Positions 1 to 8,453 of a stretch of DNA of 32,000 nt are shown here, piece after piece. The translations under genes were made by a program, and so were the position numbers. Source of the stretch: Candidatus Arthromitus sp. SFB-rat-Yit (GTDB lineage Bacteria; Bacillota; Clostridia; Clostridiales; Clostridiaceae); the NCBI RefSeq assembly GCF_000283555.1, contig NC_016012.1, forward strand, positions 900,001 through 932,000, in the 5' to 3' direction. The notes beneath the pieces were generated by a model. The model was given only the letters and a program-made list of their open reading frames with translations, did not search any database and was not told the DNA's origin. Positions within the stretch are counted from its first letter, which is position 1. The number at the start of each line of letters is the position of its first letter.

Positions 1-939
1 TTCAGATAATTGAGATGAAGTTATAGCTCTAATTTTATTCCCTTTAGTTAATAACTCCGAATAAAATAAATTTAAATCAATCTTCTTGAAAATTATATTC
101 ATTCCTTTAATTCTATCTAAAAATTCTGTATTGTCAGCAATATTCAAAACTATATTAACCATTCTTTGAGTTGTCTTATCTTTTTGATATAGAGAATTCC
201 AGTAATTGAGTCCATCAGAATCAGCTTCTCTATTAAATAATACCTTATATATTTCACCAATAAATTGTTTATCAGAAAGCTTTCTAGCCTTAAATTCATC
301 TAATTTTATAAATTCATTTATTAAATCTATTGCTCCTTTATCATGTGACGTCAATTGACCTTTCCAGTAATTAAATCCTTCGCTATCATAATTTCTTCCT
401 AAAAGATACTTATATGCATCACTTATAAATTCCTCAAGATCACTTAACTTTTCTGGCTGTACTACGATCTCCTGCTTAAATTTTTTAAATAAAATTCCTA
501 AATTATTTATCTCACTCATAAATTCTTCACTATGAGCCATATCATTAATCAATTTTAATCTTTCACTTTTTGATTCACTATCTCCCAATACAGAAACCCA
601 ATAATCAAATCCATCTTGATCAGCTTCTCTATTTAATAACAACTCATAATTTTTATTTATAAATTCCTCATTAGACACATTAAGTTCATCAAACTCAGGC
701 TGATCCAAAATTTGATTTAATAAATCCAAAACACCAATTTCTTCATTTAGTACCTTGTTTATCCAATAATATTTTCCTTCTTCATCAGCCTCTCTATTGA
801 AAATTATTGAATATATATTTTCAACAATTTTATATAAATAATCTTCTTTTGTTTGAGCAAATGATGTGGTCGATCCTAAACATATTGATATTGATAGTAA
901 ACTACCAAAAATAATTTTTTTAATATTATTCTTTCTCAT
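1..939 (-). CDS. Secreted protein with four DUF4214-like repeats (partial, C-terminus beyond the left window edge)
   Basis: Manual minus-strand translation from ATG at 939 stays open for 313 codons to position 1. It begins MRKNNIKKIIFGSLLSISNMLGSTTSFAQ (signal-peptide-like). It carries four motifs: NREADEEGKYYW, NREADQDGFDYW, GRNYDSEGFNYW and NREADSDGLNYW, typical of DUF4214 (GR.pD..G..YW). RBS-like AAAGGG lies upstream. Missing from the ORF track because it has no stop inside the window. Confidence 0.85.
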   Translation of the reverse strand, partial: MRKNNIKKIIFGSLLSISICLGSTTSFAQTKEDYLYKIVENIYSIIFNREADEEGKYYWINKVLNEEIGVLDLLNQILDQPEFDELNVSNEEFINKNYELLLNREADQDGFDYWVSVLGDSESKSERLKLINDMAHSEEFMSEINNLGILFKKFKQEIVVQPEKLSDLEEFISDAYKYLLGRNYDSEGFNYWKGQLTSHDKGAIDLINEFIKLDEFKARKLSDKQFIGEIYKVLFNREADSDGLNYWNSLYQKDKTTQRMVNIVLNIADNTEFLDRIKGMNIIFKKIDLNLFYSELLTKGNKIRAITSSQLSE

Positions 940-966
940 ATTTAACCCTTTCAAACTTGATGTCTA

Positions 967-1308
967 TTAACAAAATGTCGGTGAAAGCTCTTCTCCTCCA
1001 ACAATATGAAAATGTAAATGTTTTACAGATTGGAAAGCATGTCCTCCACAATTATTTACAACCCTGTATCCTGTTTCTTCTATATTAAGAATCTTAACTA
1101 TTTTCTTTATTGCCAGAAAAATATTCTCAATATATGAAATATTATTTTCATCAACATCATTTAAACTTTGAATATGTATCTTAGGAATCACAAGCACATG
1201 ATTAGCTGCAGAAGGGTAAATATCCTCAAATGCAATTACAAAATCATTTTCATAAATTATTTTACACGGAACTTCGCCTTGAATTATTTTACAAAATATA
1301 CATTCCAT
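967..1308 (-). CDS. HIT family (histidine triad) protein, HinT-like
   Basis: 113 aa with CIFCKI start, NHVLVIPKIHI and the histidine triad motif HLHFHIVGG. Confidence 0.93.
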   Translation of the reverse strand: MECIFCKIIQGEVPCKIIYENDFVIAFEDIYPSAANHVLVIPKIHIQSLNDVDENNISYIENIFLAIKKIVKILNIEETGYRVVNNCGGHAFQSVKHLHFHIVGGEELSPTFC

Positions 1309-1322
1309 ATTTATATATCCTC

Positions 1323-2627
1323 CTATTTTAAATGTTGTCCAATAAGATAATCATCTTTTAAATCAATGATATGTGTTGATACAATTTCCCCTAAATATTC
1401 TTTACCAGCATTTAAAACAACTTTTGTATAATTTTTTGTATATCCATAAACTCCACTACCATCTGAAATGGATGTACAATATAATACATCTAATGTTTGT
1501 CCTAAGTATTTCTTTTGAAAACCAAACTTGTTTACTTTATTAAGTTCTATAAGCTTTTTGCTTCTTTCATCTTTTATCCGTTCATCAACTTGGTTTTCCA
1601 TCTCAGCTGCCTTTGTTCCACTTCTTTTGCTATATTTAAACACATGCATATCTTGAAGTTTTATATTTTTCAAAAACTCATATGTTTCATTAAATTCACT
1701 ATCAGTTTCAGCTGGAAATCCAACTATAATATCAGTTGTTATACTAACATCATTAATTTCTCTTCTAAGATCTTCCACAACTCTCTTATAAAGAGCAACA
1801 TCATACTTCCGCCTCATTCTCTTTAATACTGAATCACATCCACTCTGGAGTGATAAATGAAAATGTGGCATAAATTTTTTAATTTTGCTGATTCTTACAA
1901 TAATTTCTGTCGTAAAAAATTCTGGATCAACTGATCCAACTCTAATTCTTTCAAGTCCATCTATCTCATCAAGCAGTTCTATTAAACTAACCAAATTAAT
2001 ATTTTCGCTCAAATCATCACCATAAGAAGTCGAATTAATACCTGTTAATACAACTTCCTTATATCCATTACTTACTAATGATTTAACCTCATCAAAAACT
2101 TTACGTGGCTCTTTACTACAAACTCCCCCACGTGCAAACGGAATTATACAATATGTACAAAACTTATTACAACCATCTTGAATTTTTATAAATGCTCTAT
2201 GTTTATCCTTTAAAGTTTTTATACTTCTATCTTCGAATGTTATATTTCTCAAAATATTATCATCAACTTTTATAACCTGATTCCTAGTTTCCAAAAACAA
2301 TCGTATGTAATACGCTAATTGGCTCTTAAACCTATTGCCCAAAATAATATTTACATCTTTTATATTGGATACTTCATCTTTAGAAACCTGCGGATAACAA
2401 CCAACCATGGCAATAATCGCATTTGGATTAATTTTTTTACATTTAGCTATAAACTGTCTTGATTTTTTATCGCTTGTATTGGTAACTGTACAAGTATTAA
2501 TACAATACACATCTGCAAATTCATCATAAGAAACAACTTCAAAATTATCTTCTTTCAATGCAGAAATCATAATTTCTGTATCATAAATATTAACTCTACA
2601 ACCTAGTGTAGAAATTGCAACTTTCAT
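1323..2627 (-). CDS. mtaB: tRNA (N6-threonylcarbamoyladenosine(37)) methylthiotransferase MtaB
   Basis: 434 aa. N-terminal MTTase domain (STLGCRVNIYDTE), radical SAM motif GCNKFCTYCIIPFARG, and C-terminal TRAM-like region. Confidence 0.93.
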   Translation of the reverse strand: MKVAISTLGCRVNIYDTEIMISALKEDNFEVVSYDEFADVYCINTCTVTNTSDKKSRQFIAKCKKINPNAIIAMVGCYPQVSKDEVSNIKDVNIILGNRFKSQLAYYIRLFLETRNQVIKVDDNILRNITFEDRSIKTLKDKHRAFIKIQDGCNKFCTYCIIPFARGGVCSKEPRKVFDEVKSLVSNGYKEVVLTGINSTSYGDDLSENINLVSLIELLDEIDGLERIRVGSVDPEFFTTEIIVRISKIKKFMPHFHLSLQSGCDSVLKRMRRKYDVALYKRVVEDLRREINDVSITTDIIVGFPAETDSEFNETYEFLKNIKLQDMHVFKYSKRSGTKAAEMENQVDERIKDERSKKLIELNKVNKFGFQKKYLGQTLDVLYCTSISDGSGVYGYTKNYTKVVLNAGKEYLGEIVSTHIIDLKDDYLIGQHLK

Positions 2628-2651
2628 TTCTTATTCCTCTTAAATTTCAAT

Positions 2652-3407
2652 TTATCTATCACCAAATTCATATTTTAATATAGATGAAATAAATACCGTG
2701 GCTGTTTCTGTCCTTAATATATTCTGACCCAAACCAACAGATATACCACCTAAACTTCTTACAAAATCAACTTCACATTCTTCAAAACCACCTTCAGGTC
2801 CTATAAATACACAAACATTTTTAATCTCATCCATATCAAAACTACTTATAACCTCTTTTAAATTAAATTCTTCTTTTTCATATGGAATCAATATCAAATC
2901 AAACTTTTTTATTTCATCCTGATCTACATCTATAAGCTTAATTGGAAATTTTATTGTTGGAATTGTAGAAATTCCACACTGCTTGCAAGCTTCTTTAGAA
3001 ATTTTATTTAATCTATCCCATTTAAACTTACTTATATCGATTTTAGCATTAACCCTATTGGTTACTATAGGCACTATTTCCTGAATACCGATTTCTGTGA
3101 GTTTCTGTACAATGAATTCAAGCTTATCAAATTTGGGATATCCCTGGAATATTGTTATATTAACTCTGCTTTTATTTGTAATATCTATTCTATTTAATAA
3201 TTTTACCTTACAAATTTTCGAACTCGTATCTACTATCTCTGCTTCAAAACTTTGATCATTAAAATTGCTTATTATAAACCTATCACCAAGCTTCAATCGC
3301 AGCACTTTCAAAATATGTTTTGCTTCCTGTTGATCAATCGATAAAATTTCATTACCTTCTGTAAATTCAAAATCTGTAAAAAATTTACGCATTTTTAAAT
3401 ACCCCAC
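2652..3407 (-). CDS. rsmE: 16S rRNA (uracil(1498)-N3)-methyltransferase
   Basis: VFIGPEGGFEECEVD, LGQNILRTETA (SPOUT knot motifs). True start probably ATG at 3392 (MRKFF) downstream of an AGGTGG-like RBS. Confidence 0.92.
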   Translation of the reverse strand: MGYLKMRKFFTDFEFTEGNEILSIDQQEAKHILKVLRLKLGDRFIISNFNDQSFEAEIVDTSSKICKVKLLNRIDITNKSRVNITIFQGYPKFDKLEFIVQKLTEIGIQEIVPIVTNRVNAKIDISKFKWDRLNKISKEACKQCGISTIPTIKFPIKLIDVDQDEIKKFDLILIPYEKEEFNLKEVISSFDMDEIKNVCVFIGPEGGFEECEVDFVRSLGGISVGLGQNILRTETATVFISSILKYEFGDR

Positions 3408-3414
3408 CTATAGA

Positions 3415-4365
3415 TTATACCATATTACCTTTGATTTTTACAGCAAAAGCACACCAACCATTTTCCATAATTTCATCTATAATTTCCATATTATATTTAT
3501 CTAAATTATTTTTAATGAGGTTAACCTTATCTTCAATTATACCTGATATAATAAAAACCCCGTCTTTATCCATTACTTTTGTAACATCCGGTATCAAATC
3601 ACAAATTATTTCTGCAATAATATTTGCAACTACAATATTCCCCTTCTCACTCATGTTATCTAAAAGATTTCCCTCAATCACTTCAATATTTGAAATATCA
3701 TTTAACTTAACATTGTAATTTGCAGCACTAACAGAAACTTTATCTAAATCAATCGCAACAACTTTGCGTGCATTTAATTTAGCTGCCAAGATTCCAAGAA
3801 TACCAGATCCAGTACCAACATCATAAACAAAATAACCATCTTTCATATATTTACACATCATTTGGATACACAGCTTAGTCGTTTCATGAGTACCAGTTCC
3901 AAAAGCCATACCTGGATCTATATTTATCAAAATTTCATTATCTAATTTTTCATAATTTTCCCACTCAGGTTTAATAACAACTTTATTATCAATTTTAAAA
4001 GTATGATAATATTTTTTCCAATTATTAGCCCAATCTTCCTCAATAACTTCTTGAGTTTCAAAAGAGAACTCTATGTTTTCATATTGAATCATCGATTTTA
4101 TAATATTTAAAAATTCAGCAACATTTTCTCTCTCACTTATGTAATATTTAACTGTACAAATTTCTTTTCCATCTACAAGGATCTCATCTTCATTAAAATA
4201 AGTATCCAAATTCAAACTATTTTCTTCATATAAATATCTTGGATCTTCAACATACAATTCAAATCTTCCAAGCTTATAAAAAATATTCTCAATCTTTTCT
4301 AGATTCTGTATATTAACTTTAATTTTAATTTCCAAATAACTGTTATCCATTATTTCCTCCAACAC
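3415..4365 (-). CDS. prmA: Ribosomal protein L11 methyltransferase
   Basis: DPGMAFGTGTHETTKLC, VYDVGTGSGILGILAAKL. Better start is ATG at 4350 (MDNSYLEIK) with adjacent GGAGG RBS. Confidence 0.94.
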   Translation of the reverse strand: MLEEIMDNSYLEIKIKVNIQNLEKIENIFYKLGRFELYVEDPRYLYEENSLNLDTYFNEDEILVDGKEICTVKYYISERENVAEFLNIIKSMIQYENIEFSFETQEVIEEDWANNWKKYYHTFKIDNKVVIKPEWENYEKLDNEILINIDPGMAFGTGTHETTKLCIQMMCKYMKDGYFVYDVGTGSGILGILAAKLNARKVVAIDLDKVSVSAANYNVKLNDISNIEVIEGNLLDNMSEKGNIVVANIIAEIICDLIPDVTKVMDKDGVFIISGIIEDKVNLIKNNLDKYNMEIIDEIMENGWCAFAVKIKGNMV

Positions 4366-4443
4366 AAAACATTATTTTTAAAATTATAACACCTAAATTA
4401 AATAAATTTCCATTACATAAATAAAACTTTGAAATATAAACTG

Positions 4444-4452
4444 TGGTATAAT
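4444..4452 (+). promoter_or_regulatory. Extended -10 promoter element (TGGTATAAT) upstream of the HIRAN-like ORF
   Basis: TG-N-TATAAT at 4444-4452. GGGAG RBS at 4471-4475 precedes ATG 4480/4483. Confidence 0.5.
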
Positions 4453-4479
4453 TAAAGTGTAAATAATTTTGGGAGATAT

Positions 4480-4833
4480 ATGATGTATGACATTTATACG
4501 GCTGTGATACAAACTGGTCTTAATAAAGACCGAAAAATCCTAAACCTTAATGATGAAGTAATTTTACTTAAAGAACCTGAAAACATTTATGATACGGAAG
4601 CTATAATCTGCGTTGTTCCTGCATTCGGAAAAATAGGATATGTTATAAACAATTTTAAAACTTTACCTAAAGGATGTTTTAGCAGTGGTAGAATATATGA
4701 CATATTTAAAATTGGAATTTTTGCAGAAGTAAAATTTATAATAAATGATATTTCTATATTAAAATTGAATTTAGAAAGCAGAAACGTTTTAAATGATATT
4801 TACAAATCATCTTCTCTATCAAATTTAATATAA
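4480..4833 (+). CDS. Small HIRAN-like domain protein
   Basis: 117 aa. LNDEVILLKEPENIYDTEAIICVVPAFGKIGYVINN matches the HIRAN-type pattern (L.rEp.N.yD..AI.v....kiGYv). Called from motif pattern only. Confidence 0.65.
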   Translation: MMYDIYTAVIQTGLNKDRKILNLNDEVILLKEPENIYDTEAIICVVPAFGKIGYVINNFKTLPKGCFSSGRIYDIFKIGIFAEVKFIINDISILKLNLESRNVLNDIYKSSSLSNLI

Positions 4834-4843
4834 AAATAATTAG

Positions 4844-4877
4844 AGCCACTTTTTTAGTTAGACTTAAAAGTGGCTTT
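4844..4877 (+). terminator. Rho-independent-like hairpin between convergent HIRAN-like ORF and dynamin-like gene
   Basis: AGCCACTTTT (4844-4853) pairs with AAAAGTGGCT (4866-4875). The flanking T-rich tract is short. Confidence 0.6.
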
Positions 4878-4883
4878 GATATC

Positions 4884-7121
4884 TTAAACAACTAAAATAT
4901 TATTACTTTTTAATTCCACAGGATAATCTGGATTAAACTCTATACTTTTTTCACCAATATGTATAGTTTTGAACTTTATATTATTAAGATCCTTCCTGAA
5001 TTCAATAAATTTTTTCTTGAACAATTCAATATTTTTAACCTCAAACTTCCTCTTTTCTTTATTGATTTTCATATTTCTTATGAATCTACCTATTTTTTTA
5101 TCAAGCTTCCTTATATATTTAGAAAGTTGCTTTTCTACACTCAAAACGCTATTTTTTATCAACTCATTAACATTTTTAAATATTTCTTCTTTAATATTTT
5201 CAAAGGCTTCCTTAATTTTACCTAAAAAATTATCTTTAAACTCTGTAATATCAACAGAATAAATAATCTTCTCTCTTATCCGTGTACTTTTCAATTTTTT
5301 TATGTAAAAATATAGTAAACCTATACCCGCTCCGAAAGTTGCCCCTATAGCTGTTTCTAATACGGAAAGATTTTTCCCAAGTATTCCACCAACAGCACTT
5401 CCCGCAACACTTGTAGCTGCCATTCCTAAACTAAAAGTTGAAGTGTTAAATTCATCACATTCTTTAACTTTACTTTGGGTTTCCATTATATTTAATTCAT
5501 TAAAATCAATATTACTCATACAAATATCATCAAAATTATAAATTTGAAATTTGAATTTTATGTGTTCATTCACATATTTATTGAACTCATCTCCAATTTT
5601 CCTAAAAGCTTCATTTAAATTTTTATTTATCTCTATCTGAGTATTAAAAAATTCATTATAAATATGATCATTTACTTTATTTAAAGTAACATTCAAACTT
5701 TCCTTAATGTTGTTTTCTATTACATTAATCTTATATAACAAATCATCTTTGTTATCAAATTCCAAAATATTTTTCACAGGCAACATTTCATTCACAATAT
5801 TATCTAAATATTGCGACATTTCATCAAGTTTATCATTAATACTATCTTTTAAGATATTAAGAGAAATTTTAGGTATATTGATAACTTCAATAAATTCTTT
5901 TTTCAAATTATGTAATCTACGTTTAACATTTTCAATTTTAGCAAAGGAAATATTATATTTATTGTTTATTAAAGCTATATCGTTATCAATACTATTTATT
6001 ATATCATTATTAAGCTCAATAATTTTTTCAATTCCAACTTCCAAACTCTCCTCAGCAAAAGTTGAAAATATACAATTCAAAATTTCATCTTCTACTATTT
6101 CAATTCTACTTTCTTTCAATAATTTATCACAATACTCATGTGGTTCAAGTTTAAATTGTCTAAGACATCCATTTATCTCTATACTTTCTGTATACTTTGA
6201 TCCATAAAATTTGTCAATCTCATCTAAAATTTCCTTTGATGCGAAATTATTTTTAACAATTCTAGCTAAAAGTGCCTGTCTTGCAGAAATGTAATTAATA
6301 TTCGGATTTTTAATTGCAGGTATATATTCCATAATCATATTTCTAGCTTTTTCAATACAATCGTCTATACTTTCATCCTTACTATTAAGTAAATCGATCT
6401 TGTTGATAATAAAAAATATCTTATTTTTATCACGTTCTATTAACTTTTCATTACTAGAAATTAATTTCAAAATTTTACCGTTTATATCTGACATGAAATT
6501 TTGATAATCCAACACAATAATAAGAGCATCAGAATCTCTAAGTTCCTTAAAAGAAATTTTCTTAACATGCTCAGTATTAAAATTGCTTGTGGAAATTTCA
6601 TCCAATCCCGGAGTATCTAATAATATAAATTTCTTTATTACGTCCCCGTACTTAGAACCCTCTATACCGCTTATAGGTGTATGTACCAAATACTTTTCTA
6701 TATTAAAATGGGTGTTATTTTTTCTAACATTTTTTATGTCATTATGAAACATTTGCTCCAAACTAAATCCCTTATTGGATATTATATTTTCAGAGCTACC
6801 GTCCTTAAATTGTTTTTTTACATAATTACAACATTCGTTTGAATGAAAAATTTCTATAGATGAAACTGTACATGGTGCATTTTGATTTGGAAGCAAATCT
6901 CTCCCAATAAAAGCATTTAACATTGTAGATTTACCAGATTTTATAGCTCCAACAACAGCGACTTTAAAAGTTTTTTGTGTTAAAATATATTTTATATTGT
7001 TTAGTGAAGTGCCAAACTCATCATTATCAATTAATTCTTTGTTAGAACTTAACTCTAAACTAATATCATCAATTAAAGAAATAGCCTTCTGATATTTATC
7101 AATATACAAAACTAATTTCAC
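4884..7121 (-). CDS. Dynamin-like (bacterial dynamin family) large GTPase
   Basis: 745 aa. G1 VVGAIKSGKSTMLNAFIG, G3 LLDTPGLDE, G4 NKIDLL. Long helical region, hydrophobic Gly/Ala-rich segment (MAATSVAGSAVGGILGKNLSVLETAIGATFGAGIGLLYFYI), and a helical C-terminal part. The GTG at 7121 overlaps the GAGGTG RBS, so the real start may be TTG at 7109. Confidence 0.85.
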   Translation of the reverse strand: MKLVLYIDKYQKAISLIDDISLELSSNKELIDNDEFGTSLNNIKYILTQKTFKVAVVGAIKSGKSTMLNAFIGRDLLPNQNAPCTVSSIEIFHSNECCNYVKKQFKDGSSENIISNKGFSLEQMFHNDIKNVRKNNTHFNIEKYLVHTPISGIEGSKYGDVIKKFILLDTPGLDEISTSNFNTEHVKKISFKELRDSDALIIVLDYQNFMSDINGKILKLISSNEKLIERDKNKIFFIINKIDLLNSKDESIDDCIEKARNMIMEYIPAIKNPNINYISARQALLARIVKNNFASKEILDEIDKFYGSKYTESIEINGCLRQFKLEPHEYCDKLLKESRIEIVEDEILNCIFSTFAEESLEVGIEKIIELNNDIINSIDNDIALINNKYNISFAKIENVKRRLHNLKKEFIEVINIPKISLNILKDSINDKLDEMSQYLDNIVNEMLPVKNILEFDNKDDLLYKINVIENNIKESLNVTLNKVNDHIYNEFFNTQIEINKNLNEAFRKIGDEFNKYVNEHIKFKFQIYNFDDICMSNIDFNELNIMETQSKVKECDEFNTSTFSLGMAATSVAGSAVGGILGKNLSVLETAIGATFGAGIGLLYFYIKKLKSTRIREKIIYSVDITEFKDNFLGKIKEAFENIKEEIFKNVNELIKNSVLSVEKQLSKYIRKLDKKIGRFIRNMKINKEKRKFEVKNIELFKKKFIEFRKDLNNIKFKTIHIGEKSIEFNPDYPVELKSNNILVV

Positions 7122-7128
7122 CTCAAAA

Positions 7129-8433
7129 ATGGAATATTTTTACAATTATTATAATATATTTAATCCATTTTTAAAATATATTTTTTATTTTTATTTGGAG
7201 GATACTATGAAACCATTAGCTGATAAAGTTAGACCTGAAAAAATTGAAGATTTTGTTGGCCAACCACACTTAATAGGAAAAAATAAAATTATAAGCAGCA
7301 TTATCAAATCAAAAAAAATACCAAACATGATAATGTATGGTCCACCTGGAACTGGTAAAACTTCTCTAGCGAACATTCTCTCTAAACATTGTAATAAATC
7401 ATTTTATAAAATAAATGGCACAATGACAAACACCGATGAAATAAAACAAATAGTAAATAATGCTTGTAGCATTTCAGATCATAACGGTATTATTTTATTT
7501 ATAGATGAAATTCATTTCCTTTCAAAAAAACAACAACAAATTATTTTAAAATTCATTGAAAATGGATACGTAAACTTAATAGGAAGTACTACTGAAAATA
7601 TTAATTTTTCAATTGTTGATTCAATCATTAGTAGATGTATTCTAATTAAATTCGAACCATTAACTAACTTTGATATCGAAAATAAATTAATAAATGTTAT
7701 TAATGAAAATTTTAAAAATTATGATTTCAGGAAGGATAGTATAGAATACATCTCATATATCTCTAATGGCGATCTCAGAAAAGCACTAAATATTTTAGAA
7801 TTATGCCTAATTACATTTGAACCAAACACAACCATAACTACAAATGAAATAGAATCACTCTCCCAATCTCCAATAAATCTAAGTATTAAAAATCAAGACA
7901 ACCTCTATAACAGTTTAAGCTATCTCCAAAAATCAATAAGAGGATCAGATCCAGACGCATCACTAATAGCTCTATCCCTATTAATAAATTCTGGGGATTT
8001 AAATTCCATCTGTAGAAGATTACTCGTAATAGCATCAGAAGATATAGGTTTGGCATATCCCCAAGCCATATCTATTGTTAAATCATGTGTTGACTCTGCA
8101 CTAATGCTTGGATTTCCTGAAGCAAGAATACCTCTTTCACAAGCAACAATACTATTAGCTACATCACCAAAATCGAACACATCATATTTGGCTATAAACA
8201 AAGCTCTAGAGGATATACAAAGAAAACAAATAGAAATTCCAACGCATTTATGTTCAAATTACTCAAATAATAAAATAAATATCAAATCAGAATACATATA
8301 TCCCCATAATTATCCTAATAATTACGTCAAACAAGAATATATTCCAACCAACCTTAAAGGAAGAGTCTATTATAAATATGGTAATAATAAGTTTGAACAA
8401 TCAATTAAAGATTTTTGGCAAAAAATAAAATAA
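7129..8433 (+). CDS. rarA: Replication-associated recombination protein A (RarA/MgsA AAA+ ATPase)
   Basis: MKPLADKVRPEKIEDFVGQPHLIG, Walker A GPPGTGKTS, Walker B ILFIDEIH, AYPQA, PEARIPLSQATI. True start is probably ATG at 7207, with GGAG at 7197-7200. Confidence 0.92.
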   Translation: MEYFYNYYNIFNPFLKYIFYFYLEDTMKPLADKVRPEKIEDFVGQPHLIGKNKIISSIIKSKKIPNMIMYGPPGTGKTSLANILSKHCNKSFYKINGTMTNTDEIKQIVNNACSISDHNGIILFIDEIHFLSKKQQQIILKFIENGYVNLIGSTTENINFSIVDSIISRCILIKFEPLTNFDIENKLINVINENFKNYDFRKDSIEYISYISNGDLRKALNILELCLITFEPNTTITTNEIESLSQSPINLSIKNQDNLYNSLSYLQKSIRGSDPDASLIALSLLINSGDLNSICRRLLVIASEDIGLAYPQAISIVKSCVDSALMLGFPEARIPLSQATILLATSPKSNTSYLAINKALEDIQRKQIEIPTHLCSNYSNNKINIKSEYIYPHNYPNNYVKQEYIPTNLKGRVYYKYGNNKFEQSIKDFWQKIK

Positions 8434-8452
8434 GTAGCCTAATAGGCTACTT
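8432..8452 (-). terminator. Intrinsic terminator for dnaJ; hairpin shared with the convergent rarA end
   Basis: AAGTAGCCTA-A-TAGGCTACTT, near-perfect palindrome. On the minus strand it is followed by ATTTTATTTTTT. Confidence 0.75.
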
Positions 8453-8453
8453 A

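Noticed and set aside
229-830. Recurring TCTCTATT(A/T/G)AA-like DNA words that look like dispersed repeats
   Set aside because: They are the DNA encoding the repeated FNREAD/LNREAD protein motif in the DUF4214 protein; no CRISPR-like equal spacers or independent DNA repeat.
1168-1350. Short + strand ORF in the track (60 aa)
   Set aside because: Antisense to the HIT gene and mtaB 3' end, with no protein-family features. Expected by chance in AT-rich coding DNA.
1515-1826. 103-aa + strand ORF
   Set aside because: Fully antisense to mtaB, hydrophobic/low-complexity translation, no RBS case.
3431-3718. 95-aa + strand ORF
   Set aside because: Antisense shadow of prmA.
4959-6207. Three + strand ORFs (4959-5225, 4969-5262, 5707-6207)
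   Set aside because: All lie antisense within the dynamin-like gene. The Leu/Ser/Ile-rich translations are typical antisense shadows.
7920-8201. 93-aa minus ORF inside rarA
   Set aside because: Antisense shadow of the well-supported rarA coding sequence.
4480-8433. Considered calling this block a mobile element or complete defence island
   Set aside because: No integrase, transposase, att-like repeats, toxin-antitoxin pair or nuclease. rarA is a common housekeeping gene and orientations alternate. Kept only as a synteny anomaly.
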